Shown: piece by piece, positions 49,480 to 60,258 of the stretch
How positions within the stretch are numbered: position 1 is the first letter of the stretch
Layout: each line of letters opens with the position of its first letter
Source of the DNA: Zootoca vivipara
Taxonomy: Eukaryota
Assembly: GCF_963506605.1 (NCBI RefSeq)
Contig: NC_083276.1
Coordinates: forward strand, 49,786,001 to 49,850,000
Reading direction: 5' to 3'
Length of the DNA stretch: 64,000 nt
Position numbers and translations under genes: made by a program
Notes under the pieces: model-generated
The model's database searches: none
Told to the model about the DNA's origin: nothing
Seen by the model: only the letters and a program-made list of their open reading frames with translations

Positions 49480-49835
49480 AAAAGGTAAAGGTAAAGGACC
49501 CCTGACAGTTAAGTCCAGTCGCAGACGACTCTGGGGTTGCGGCGCTCATCTCACTTTACTGGCCAAGGGAGCCGGCGTTTTTTCGGGCCATGTGGCCAGC
49601 ATGACTAAGCCACTTCTGGTGAAACCAGAGCAGCGCATGGAAATGCCGTTTACCTTCCCACCAGAGCAGTACCTATTTATCTACTTGCATTTTGACGTGC
49701 TTTCGAACTGCTAGGTTGGCAGAAGCAGGGACCGAGCAACGGGAGCTCACCCCGTCACAGGGATTTGAACCGCCGACCTTCTGATCGGCAAGCCCTAGGC
49801 TCTGTGGTTTAGATCACAGCGCCACCCATGTCCCT
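49480..49835 (-). mobile_element. Sauria SINE, full length, inserted in a hAT MITE
   Basis: Reverse-complement homolog of the 28260 copy; TSD ATGACTGTGTTA (49468-49479, 49836-49847). Confidence 0.92.
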
Positions 49836-50189
49836 ATGACTGTGTTAGCTAAGGCTTATGCGAGCTGCTGTCCAAAACAGCTGGAGGGTACCAAATTGGG
49901 GAAGGCTGAACTAGAGGATAGCTTAGATCTCCTCTTCTAGTGATTTCTCTTTGTATTACCCAGCTGCTGCCTACAGAGACACCTCCTCCCTCCTGCCTGT
50001 GTTCTGGCTTGACAATGCTCAAGTAAAACTGGAATCCATTTAGGTTCCAATTGTCTTTTTCAGCTCCCGTGCTTGCTTTCTCATCTTGCTGAAATGCATA
50101 CTTTACTTTTCTGAGCGAAGGTGCTTCTGCCAGCTGAGAGACTCTGCGTGCTTGAGCAGCTGAAATCCATCACATTCATTCCAGTAAAA

Positions 50190-50280
50190 AAAGCAAAGAG
50201 TCTTGTGGCACATTAAAAGTTAACAAACTGATTATAGCATTAGCCTTTGAGGACTAGGGTTCACTTCATCAGATGCATGA
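50190..50280 (-). mobile_element. Older PLE terminal remnant with degenerate hammerhead
   Basis: Minus strand reads GCAT-CTGATGA-A-GTGAAC...-AAAGGCTA-ATGC, then TGCCACAAGACTC. Confidence 0.55.
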
Positions 50281-51399
50281 AGTATTATTTTGAGTTACAA
50301 GGCGTGGGGTGGGGAGGTTGTTGACTGTGAGGTCAAGAAAGAAATGAAATACAGAAAGTGCAGGCAGTGATAATTATGTTATTAACATTCTCCTTTCATA
50401 AAATGATTGTTGATAATAATACAGACAACATAACTGACAGAACTAACACCACTGGGGAAAAAAAAATTCCAATAAGGAATTAAGGCCACTTCCATTATAT
50501 AGGCTTATGATTTATTGTGTAGCATTTTACCATGTGCAAAGTGCTCTGCAATTGCTAGGAGTCTGTTTTCATATTTCTTTGTTTCACCTCCAACATTTTA
50601 CTCATCCATATAACGAAAAACTGTGTACTTCCTTCTGCTTCCTAGGAGATAAATAGTCCATATATGCAGAAGGAGGCACCTGTTGCTAGAAGCCGTCTCT
50701 TCTGATGCAACCCTCTCTAGTTTCATGGATGACATCTGTGAGGGTGATTGAAGAACGCAAGAGCCTCTCTCTGTGCCAACTCTTCTCTTTCTCGGAGAGG
50801 TAGAAGGGAGGGAGGTGTAGTTTCTTATGTGGGTGGGAGGGCTTGTCAATGCCACAACTGGGAGATGATTCAGCCTAATGCAAACTTCAGCAGGGAAAAT
50901 ATATTTCGGGACCACCAAAGCTCTAAAGAGGCCCATAGCAGTGGATGGGCACGAGCTCATCCACCCATGAGAATTAATAGGTCTCCTTTGAGAGGTGGGA
51001 TAGTCAACATGGTGACCTCCAGATATTGATGGACCACAATACCCATCCCTGACCATTGGCCATGCTGGCTGGAGTCCAACAACAACAGCTAGAGGGGCAT
51101 ACTACAGTAAGATCACAGTTACAAAAAAAGAGAAGAAATAAAACGTGGAGTCCTCTCTGAAGGGTAGTTCTTAGCCCTTGCCACCCATAGAAGGTAGTAG
51201 CTCCTCCCAGCTCCCAACTGGGATATTTCATTTCTCCTCTCAGCCTCTCACCCTGGCATGCTGACATTTCCTTGCCTCTCACCCAGAGTCCTCCATCAAC
51301 CACATACCACCGGGTCCAACCGTTTTGGAAGCTTTCTCCTAACCTACCTCACAGGGTTATTGTGAAGATGAAACAGAAGGAGGGGAGGAGAACCATATC

Positions 51400-51550
51400 C
51401 CTGTGGATAGCTCCATTGGTAAAGCATGAGTCTCTGAATCTCAGGGCTGTGAGTCTGAGCCCTGTGTCGGGCAAAAGATTACTGCATTGCTGGTGGTGGG
51501 ACTAGATTACCTTTGTGGTCCCTTCCAGCTCCACATTTCTATGAGTCTAT
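51400..51550 (+). mobile_element. tRNA-Lys-like SINE with CR1-derived tail
   Basis: Head GATAGCTCCATTGGTAAAGCATGAG; tail GGTCCCTTCCAGCTCC...TTCTATGA. Confidence 0.65.
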
Positions 51551-52734
51551 GTACACTGGCTTGAGCTCCTATGTGAAAAGACAGGATGCAAGTATAGTTA
51601 ATAAACAGAACAGTTCCTTTGCTGTTCCTGTCCCCCCCCCAATCAACACATTGCTGTCTCTAAGAAAGTACAGAAGTGAACCAGCGACTTAAGCTGAAGG
51701 GGGTGCAGGATGCATGGAGAACATTCCTTTTTACCCACCGATGTGACTTTGTATGAAAAGAAACCAGCAAATGTATGTCAGGCAGGTGTACTTTGGCTTC
51801 TTTCTTCATTCCCACTCCCCAGCTGGTGAAAAGGCATCATGTGCCCCCCCCCGGCTCTTTCCAATTACTTAACATGAATAGTTTAGCTGAGGGCAATAAT
51901 AAATGAGCTGATGCTACCAAGATTCCTCTTTGCTTTAAGCAGCCCCTGCTCCATCTCAATTAAGGCTTTTTAAATCCATCCAGATGGCCTAATAGGCCTC
52001 ATAAAAGTATAATTTGTGTCACAGTTCAGCGCTGTTTGAAGAATCCCAGCTCAATCACGACAGTAACGTGTCAGCTGTACCTGTCACACATCCGTCTCTA
52101 TTGATCAAGGAGACGGATAGCAGAGGGACCCCCCCTGACCCAGGAGCCTCCGCAGCGGTCGAGAAGAGAAGCTGAGAAGCTGTGCTCACGTGCCAGGAGG
52201 CTTGTGCTGCCACCGTTCACATTTCCTGCAGGGTGCAGTTGCTTGGTTTCTCCAGCTATTGGCAAATATTGAAGACAAAGCAACTCTTGTACAAAAATGG
52301 ACTCTGTGGGAATCAGCATGAGGACAGGCACCCCACTGCTGTTCCAGAACCACAAGCAGGTAAAGGAAGTCTGTTTCCAGTATTTATTTATAACCCTCTG
52401 AATAGCGCACTGGGTTCTCCCCCTCTGTTTTATCCTCAGAACAACCCTGAGAGGTAAGTTATGAGCTTCGTGGCTTGGTGAGGTTCGAACCTGAGGCTTC
52501 CCAGAACTAGCCCAACACTCTTAACCACCACACCTCACTAGTGCATGGTTTTCCCTTCCAACCATGCAGCAACCCCAGTCAAGATGGAAACTGCTGGGAC
52601 AACAGCCTTTCGCTGCTGAGAGCATCCCTTGAGTCAAGTTCGTCACCTGGGATGCTTCTGCAGGCAGGGAGCACCACTGCATGGAGGCACCAGTCCTGCA
52701 CCTATATGGCCTCTCCTGGAGACATGGTCTATGG

Positions 52735-52870
52735 CAGGCATCCCCAAACTGCAGCCCTCCAGATGTTTTGGCCTACAACTCCCATGATCCCTAGCTAACA
52801 GGACCAGTGGTTGGGGAAGATGGGAATTGTTGTCCAAAACATCTGGAGGGCTGAAGTTTCAGGATGCCTG
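52735..52870. mobile_element. Short palindromic hAT MITE (ACTACAACTCCCA core family)
   Basis: CAGGCATCC...GGATGCCTG; perfect TSD GTCTATGG. Related degraded copies near 2150, 15560, 33250, 38550, 42990, 47750, 49400, 50995, 53240, 56930, 58620 and 63000. Confidence 0.85.
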
Positions 52871-52884
52871 GTCTATGGTATAGA

Positions 52885-53110
52885 AAGCCAAGCTTGAACC
52901 CAGATGGAAAGAGATCTAAATAATCAGAGTCATCCAAGAATTCTTGCAGCTGCCCCACCACATCTCTCTCCAACACCGTCCCCAAGAAGGGCGTCTTTGT
53001 GACTGGTTGGCAGTTCTCCAGTCCAGGAGTTCCAGGGACAGTTTCTTTCAGAGTGGTCACACTGCAACATCTTTCAAGGGAGCAGCGACCACCACCATCC
53101 CTCACACAAC
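52885..53110 (-). mobile_element. L2 LINE RT fragment
   Basis: Encodes PFLGTVLE..V..QLQEFLDD.DYLD.F.SGF. Confidence 0.75.
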
Positions 53111-53376
53111 GAAACATTGGCCACTCTCCTGTTCCACCAAGAACACATGAATGAAGCCACACCTGTGGCTTGCCTCTCCTTTGCTCTCGCTCGCAACCTT
53201 GTCAGTTGCCATCAGGCCAGCACGGCCTTTCTAAATCTTCGATCCCCAGGTGGTGTTGGGGTACAACTCCCATCATCCCTAGCTAGCAAGACCAGGGATG
53301 ATGGGAGTTGTAGTCCAACAACAACATCTGAGGGCCCAAAGTTGAGAAAGGCTGAGCTAGCACCTCCTACTACAAA

Positions 53377-53469
53377 CATAGCTGTCAAGTTCTCCCCTTT
53401 TTTAAAGGGAAATTCCCTTATGGTGAATAGGCTTCCTCAAGAGAGAAAAGGGAAAACTTGACAGCTATG
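53377..53469. mobile_element. 93-bp MITE, TIR CATAGCTGTCAAGTT (same family as 48073)
   Basis: Perfect TIRs; flanking direct repeat CTACAAA (7 bp). Confidence 0.85.
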
Positions 53470-54052
53470 CTACAAAGCCCACCCTAAGATAGCTCCCAGG
53501 GTTACTTCCAATGAAAGTGCAGATGCACCAGGGTAACTGAACCCCTAAAAGTATTGTCACCCCAAGATACTGCTTGGGTTGCTCGTGTAGTCAGGCTGGC
53601 TCTAGCAACGGAAAGGAAAACTCATTCCTCCTTTTCGCAGGTTGTGGAAAGAACCCTCGCAGTAATTCTGAGGTTTCTCATAGAGTAATGGATAGGTTAA
53701 TTGGCTAAAACCACCCTGCTAATTTACTAAGAAATACACACTGGTGGTCCATTAATGCAACTGTGTCCTGCTGATAGGTAACCATGTTTTGTCAAACTGA
53801 GCTTTTGGTATGCAGGTGAAACCTGATGGGCAGATTTTTTTTATCTGAACCATGTGCTGCTCACCTCTCCAGCTGGCTCTAATCCAGGCCCTACTGAGTG
53901 AGCAGTTAGCTGCTGCTTTGAAAGAGACAGGAAAGAGATGGGGTGCTCTGCAGGAGACTTCAGACAAAAGCAGAAGAGAGATTTTGCTTCTGGAAACAGG
54001 AACATCCAGACAAAGCTGTGTCCTGTGTGCCTGAGATGGATCCAGGCATCTG

Positions 54053-54267
54053 TAGGGTTGCCAGACTCGATAGAGGACAGGACTTCTGTGCCTTTAATTG
54101 CCCTGCTCTCTTTTGAGTCTGGAAACCTTAAAGAGAAACCATCAGGCCCTTTGTTTAATTTCCAAGCAAAGGGTCTTCTGGTTTCTCTTTAAGGTTTCCA
54201 GACTCAAAAGAGAGTAGGGCAATTAAAGGCACAGAAGTCCTGTCCTCTATTGAGTCTGGCAACCCTA
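54053..54267. mobile_element. Fold-back hAT MITE, near-perfect 215-bp palindrome
   Basis: TAGGGTTGCCAGACTC...GAGTCTGGCAACCCTA; perfect 8-bp TSD GGCATCTG. Confidence 0.9.
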
Positions 54268-54804
54268 GGCATCTGAGTTCCTTAAGGATCTGGCTGCAGT
54301 GGACATTTCTCCTCCTCAGAATCAAGGGGAGAAGAATTCAGTGAGGCAAATGCCTTTGGTTTTGATATATTGTTGCTGTGAAATGTAGATTCGGTTTCAT
54401 TGATTCTGTTGTGGGTCAGGCTTTAAGCCAACTAGTTCCACCAAGAGCACATCAATGAAGCCAGAATTTTTCCTAGGCAAATTAAAACCCCTCCCACTTG
54501 TATCTTATGGTATGCTCAGCAGTATAACAGACTGAATGGAGCATGATACCCTTCAGTTGGTTTCATTTTCAATGTTAGACATTTATTCACACCCTTCCAT
54601 CTTACAACTATGTCTATGCAACAGATGGCAATTGGAAGACTCTCCAGAGGGTGTCTAGTAATGCAGTGGATCTCATTCAACTGTCTCTGTGCATCTCCTC
54701 CGAAAGGGAAGGCAATATCTTTCTTCCTTTTTCTTTCTTTCTTTAAATGGCTGAGCAGACAACCCCAAACATTTTGACATCCATAAGCTTCATCTAGTTT
54801 GCCT

Positions 54805-55660
54805 CTATGGTTTATTTTATTATTTTCACCCTTCTTTTCTATCCCTGGAGACACAAAGTGGCTTACAAGACAGCAATAAAACTAAATATGATAAATAACA
54901 ATCATCATACATACAAACAAAACAGTTTAAAAGAGCAATCAAGAAAAGCAAGTCCAAAACACCAGCTTAAAAACCCAGCTGCATCAAATTGCTAAAAAAC
55001 TCAAGAAGCAAAAGCTTGCCAAAAGCAAAACCGTTTTCAGACTATCATCTAAAAGGCTAAGTAAGAGAGAGAAGGGGCTCAATAGACCTCCAAGAGGAAG
55101 GCAGGGAATCCACCATTCTTGGCACCACCACTGAAAAGGCCCTGTCATGGAATACCTGCCCATCTGAACTCACACAAAGGTGGGATCAGAAGCCAAGCCT
55201 CAGATGTCAATGTTACGTTGCAGGAAGTCCTATACAGTGGAACCTCAGTTTATGAACACCTCGGTTTACAAATTTTCGGTTTACGAACGCCGCGGACCCA
55301 TCTGGAACGGATTAATTCACTTTCCATTACTTTCAATGGGAAAGTTCGCTTCAGTTTATGAACGCTTCAGTTTATGAACAGACTTCCGGAACCAATTGTG
55401 TTCATAAACCGAGGTACCGCTGTAGAAGAGTCCCTGAGGTAATCTGGATCCCAGTGGTTTAGGGCTTTAAATGCAAAACTTATAGTTTGAATTAAACCAG
55501 AAAAAAATATAGTCAGCCGAAGCAAATGGTGTATGATTGGAGTAATATACTGTGGCTGGGTCAATCCCAGTGAAGGCAAGGTCAGGAGATTGGTGGTTGA
55601 AGAACCTTCCATTGAAGGGCCTTGGAAATATGGGTGTTCTGTTCAAAACCTCCTGCACTG
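54805..55660 (-). mobile_element. Degraded L2 3' fragment
   Basis: Encodes YITPIIHHL...AFKALNHWDPDYLRD (ORF 55367-55612); T-rich reversed tail. Confidence 0.65.
55235..55422. mobile_element. Tigger-like MITE (related to 40739, opposite orientation) inside an L2 fragment
   Basis: TA-CAGTGGAACCTC...GAGGTACCGCTG-TA; shares the TTTCCATTACTTTCAATGGGAAAG core with the 40739 copy. Confidence 0.85.
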
Positions 55661-55938
55661 AAACAGAATCCTCCTGGTAAGTCATGGTGCTTTTGTTCAT
55701 TTCACCATAATGAATTTATTTATTTTTATTTATTGAAAGCCTATTTACCCAGCTCTTCAGCCAAAAAGGCTCCCAGAGGGCTTAATTAACACGACGCAAG
55801 CAGTGAACAGCAGCGATCAATATCCCTGATCCCAAGATGCTGCCTAAACACCCAAGAAAAATGTCTGGCAATAACATCCGGCTGGCTCAAGGAAATGTCA
55901 TGAGTTAAACAAAAAGCAGGCTATTAGCATGATCATAA

Positions 55939-56180
55939 AAGTAAAGGTAGAGGTACCCCTGACCGTTAGGTCCAGTCACTGATGACTCTGGGGTTGCGGC
56001 GCTCATCTCGCTGTATAGGCCAAGGGAGCCAGTGTTTGTCCACAGACAGCTTCTGGATCATGTGGCCAGCATGACTAAGCCGCTTCTGGTGAACCAGAGC
56101 AGCGCACGGAAACGGCGTTTACCCTTCGCCAGAGTGGTACCTATTTATCTACTTGCACTTGATGTGCTTTCGAACTACTA
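55939..56180 (-). mobile_element. Sauria SINE, 5'-truncated
   Basis: Body matches the other copies; TSD CATGATCATAA. Confidence 0.9.
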
Positions 56181-56982
56181 CATGATCATAATGCACCATA
56201 AATGTACAGGGTGCTTTACATTAATTAACAGATTAAGAAGAGCAAAATAAAAAATAAAAATGGGAGAGAGCTCAGCCCCTGGTACGTTGGAGAGTTCATA
56301 ATCTTCATCTCAACAGAGTTGATGGGGAGAAAAAAACAGAGAGTTCAGGGAGGCAGGCAGAGGCCTGGGTACCAGAGGAAGAAATGTGTGTTTTCTGCTT
56401 TTGCTTTTCAGTAGGGGAGGAGGATTAAGCTGCCCCAGAAGCAAGAGAGAACTGCCAATCAACCTGGCTTATGGGAAAACTGGTTCTTGTTCCTGTCACA
56501 GCCCAGAGACCGCTCTGGGTGACCCCACCAGGTTGCTACTCTCCAAATGGCTTTGAGGTGACTTCTAACACTCCTGAAGCCGGCCAGATTCCCTAACCCT
56601 GGTAGCTCCAGCCATCTCTTCCTTTCTTTCCAGTACTCAGAGGGAGACAGTGCTTCCCAAGCACCAGCAAACAGGCAGGAAACTATGTATAACTATTTGT
56701 CTGTGCTTATAAATGGAAGAGAAAAGCTAAGGGGTGCTATTTTGAACATCCAAATCCCCTACCCGAATTTTTTTAGGGTGTGAACTTGATGTTAATGCCC
56801 AGCTGTGAATTTGTTTTCTTTCTTTACAAAAAAATTACCTCAGTTCCCTCTCCCCTCCGTAACTGAGAGGCCTGAACCAGCTTACAAAACCACACTGAAA
56901 CAGAGACATAACAAATTATAGGATAGGGATAGGATAGGGAACCTGTGGCCCTCCAGATGTCATGGGACAACAATTCCCACCA

Positions 56983-57417
56983 CATGGGCGTAGGCAGGGG
57001 GGCAGGAGGGGGCAGTTGCCCCCCCCAGAAGCAGGGCCGCTGGTGGCCAGCCTGCCCCGCTGCCCACCGCTGCCCGGTGCCGTCTCCCTTCTCCCTGGCT
57101 GGCTGTGGGGCGGGTGGAGGGAAAGCCAGCCAAATGCTTTGCGCAGCTCTGGGGCTTTCCCTCCACTCGCCCCACAGCCAGCCGGCTAGAAGGGACGTCT
57201 CCCTTCTCCCTTGCTGGCTGTGGGGCGGGTGGAGGGAAAGCCAGCTTTCCTTCCACCCGCCCCGGTGATCGCGGAGGGGGAGGAGCAGCCCGATTTCGGG
57301 CTGATCCTGGCGCCCCCTCGCCGCTGAATGACCATGGCTTTCCTTGCCCCACTGTGGCCCCTCCCCCATGCCTTCGCCCCCCTTGCCCCCCTAATTTTGA
57401 TCCTGGCTACGTCCCTG
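56983..57417. mobile_element. GC-rich hAT-like MITE nested in a short hAT MITE
   Basis: Imperfect TIRs CATGGGCGTAGGCAGG / CCTGGCTACGTCCCTG; perfect TSD TCCCACCA (56975-56982, 57418-57425); internal repeats of about 50 bp. Confidence 0.8.
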
Positions 57418-57494
57418 TCCCACCATCCTGACTATTGACCTTGCTGGGTGAGGCTGATGGGAATTGAAGTTCAACAACACCTGGAGAACCTTGC

Positions 57495-58170
57495 TTACTA
57501 GCAGTACACATGAAAAGGATCTAGGGGTCTTAGTGGACCAACAAGCTTAACAAGAGTCAACAGTGTGATGCAGCAGCAAAAAAAGGCTAATGCTGTTCTA
57601 GGCTGCATCAATAGAAGTACAGTGTCCTGATAAAGGGAAGTAATAGTCCTGCTCTATTCTGCCTTGGTCAGATCACACCTGGAATACCATGTCCAATTCT
57701 GGGCACCACAATTTAGGAAAGATGTTGATAAGCTGGAACATATGCAGAGGGGGGTGAACAAGATGGTCAAGGATCTAGAAACTAAGCCTTACGAGGAGCT
57801 CTTGAAGGAGTTGGATATGTTTAGCCTAGAAAAGAGGAGACTGAGAGGAGACATGATAGCCACCTTCAAATATCTGAAGGGCTGTCACATGGAAGATGCA
57901 GCAAGCTTGTTTTCTCCTACTCTGGAGGGTAGGACTTGAACCAGTGGCTTTAAGTTACAAGAAAGGAGATTCTGACTAAACATCAAGAAGAACTTTCTGA
58001 CAGTATGAGCTAATCAACTCTCCCTTGGGAGGTTGTGGACTCTCCTTCATTGGAGGTTGGGTGGCCATCTGTCATGGATGCTTTAGGAGAGATTCCTGCA
58101 TTGCAGAGGGTTGGACTAGATGACCTTTGGGGTACCTTCCAACTCTCCCTCTACAATTCTATGATTCTAA
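57495..58170 (+). mobile_element. CR1 LINE 3' fragment
   Basis: Encodes [25 protein letters not shown]...[12 protein letters not shown]-like sequence; (ATTCTRTG) tail. Confidence 0.92.
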
Positions 58171-58381
58171 CTGCAGGTTCCAGGTCCTTGCTTTAGAACG
58201 ATCAGAAAAAACCACTCCATGAATCACATGATTCTAGAAGTGCGTATCACAAAATAATTACCTCAGGACACCCTCAGCAATGACTAGATTCCTGACACTT
58301 AAGGAAACACAGGCTAAGAGTGGTTTGCTCAAGCTCATTGACTGAACCTTGGAAGAAACCTCATGACTATGGAACCAATTA

Positions 58382-58616
58382 CCCTGTTTCTCATATTTTA
58401 AGACATACCCATAAAATAAGCCATAGCAGGATTTTTAAGCATTCAAGGAATATAAGCCATACCCCGAAAATAAGACATAGTGATAGGTGCAGCAGCAATG
58501 CCGGCCGCGGCAGGAGGAGGAGGAAAAAAATAAGACATCCCTTGAAAATAAGCCATAGTGTGTTTTTTTGAGGAAAAAATGAATATAAGACATGTCTTAT
58601 AATATGAGAAACACGG
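58382..58616. mobile_element. Tc1/mariner (Tc2/pogo-type) MITE
   Basis: TA-CCCTGTTTCTCATATT...AATATGAGAAACACGG-TA with AAAATAAG(A/C)CAT internal repeats. Confidence 0.8.
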
Positions 58617-59305
58617 TATCTAGGGCGGGTATGGAGAACCTTTGGCCCTCTAAATGTTGCCGAACAACAACTCCCATCATCCCTGGACATTGGCCATGCT
58701 TGCTGGGGATGATGGGAGTGGTAATTCAGCAGCATCTGGAGGTTCAAAGGTTCCCCACAGCTGACTTGGGATGAGAGGTGGGCTCTTCCCCTCCAGACAG
58801 TTGGAGATGCTCCTCTAGCTCTGGATTCCCTGTGTCACTTATATAGCCCCCTCAAACTCTGTGATTCTATCATATGAATCCATAATGGATTCAAAAGATT
58901 TAAAGCCCAGGCAAAGCATTCATTTTTCTAAGGGACCATGCCACTGGCTTTTAGATCCTCTCCAAAATGAATGGGAAGGGTTATTCCTGTTTGGGTGGGG
59001 CTAGTTTCCACTCAGTGTGCCTTTCTTGTGCAAAAACCGGGTGCTGCTTTTTTGCTGATCCTACACATGCCTGAAGGTCAGCCGCCCTCCTCACAGCTGG
59101 CTGACATTTTTGTGCCTGGCAATCAAGCTTGATGGGTTATTTGATGCAGCTGGAAGAGGGCACAGAGTTCTTTTGGCCATTAACAAACTGAGCAGAGCTG
59201 CCTGGGGAACATCTAGGAGCTGAACTGCACAAACACTGAGATGCACAGGAGCTGTGATGGAAGGGCTGGGGAAATCTGTGCAGGTTCAGCCCTTGGTGAA
59301 CCATT

Positions 59306-60258
59306 TCATAGAATCATAGAGTTGGAAGAGACCACAAGGGCCATCCAGTCCAACCCCCTGCCAAGCAGGAAACACCATCAAAGCGTTCCTGACAGATGGC
59401 TGTCAAGCCTCCGCTTAAAGATCTCCAAAGAAGGAGACTCCACCACACTCCTTGGCAGCAAATTCCACTGTCGAATAGCTCTTACTGTCAGGAAGTTCTT
59501 CCTAATGTTTAGGTGGAATCTTCTTTCTTGTAGTTTGAATCCATTGCTCCGTGTCCGCTTCTCTGGAGCAGCAGAAAACAACCTTTCTCCCTCCTCTATA
59601 TGGCATCCTTTTATATATTTGAACATGGTTATCATATCACCCCTTAACCTTCTCTTCTCCAGGCTAAACATACCCAGCTCCCTAAGCCGTTCTTCATAAG
59701 GCATCGTTTCCAGGCCTTTGACCATTTTGGTTGCCCTCCTCTGAACACATTCCAGCTTGTCAGTATCCTTCTTGAACTGTGGTGCCCAGAACTGGACACA
59801 GTACTCCAGGTGAGGTCTGACCAGAGCAGAATACAGTGGTACTATTACTTCCCTTGATCTAGATGCTATACTCCTATTGATGCAGCCCAGAATTGCATTG
59901 GCTTTTTTAGCTGCTGCATCACAGCTGACTCATGTCAAGTTTGTGGTTTACCAAGACTCCTAGTTTCTTTTCACATGTACTGCTCTCAAGCCAGGTGTCA
60001 CCCATCCTGTATTTGTGCCTTTCATTTTTTTTTGCCCAGGTGTAGTACTTTACATTTCTCCCTGTTAAAATTCATCTTGTTTGCTTTGGCCCAGTTGTCT
60101 AATCTGTTAAGGTCATTTTGAAGTGTGATCCTGTCCTCTGGGGTATTAGTCACCCCTCCCAATTTGCAAACTTGATCAGGATGCCCTCAAGCCCATCATG
60201 CAAGTCATTTATAAAGCTGTTGAATAAGACTGGGCCCAAGACAGAACCCTGTGGCCAC
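59306..60258 (-). mobile_element. CR1 LINE 3' fragment, about 950 bp
   Basis: ORF 59378-59725 ([23 protein letters not shown]...) and a reversed CATAGAATCATAG tail. Confidence 0.93.

Noticed and set aside
56824-57431. Cluster of 75-181 aa ORFs
   Set aside because: They lie within a GC-rich MITE with internal repeats and show no protein homology I recognise.
58390-58600. Spaced AAAATAAG(A/C)CAT repeats resembling a CRISPR-like array
   Set aside because: Eukaryotic context; these are internal repeats of a TA-flanked Tc1/mariner MITE.
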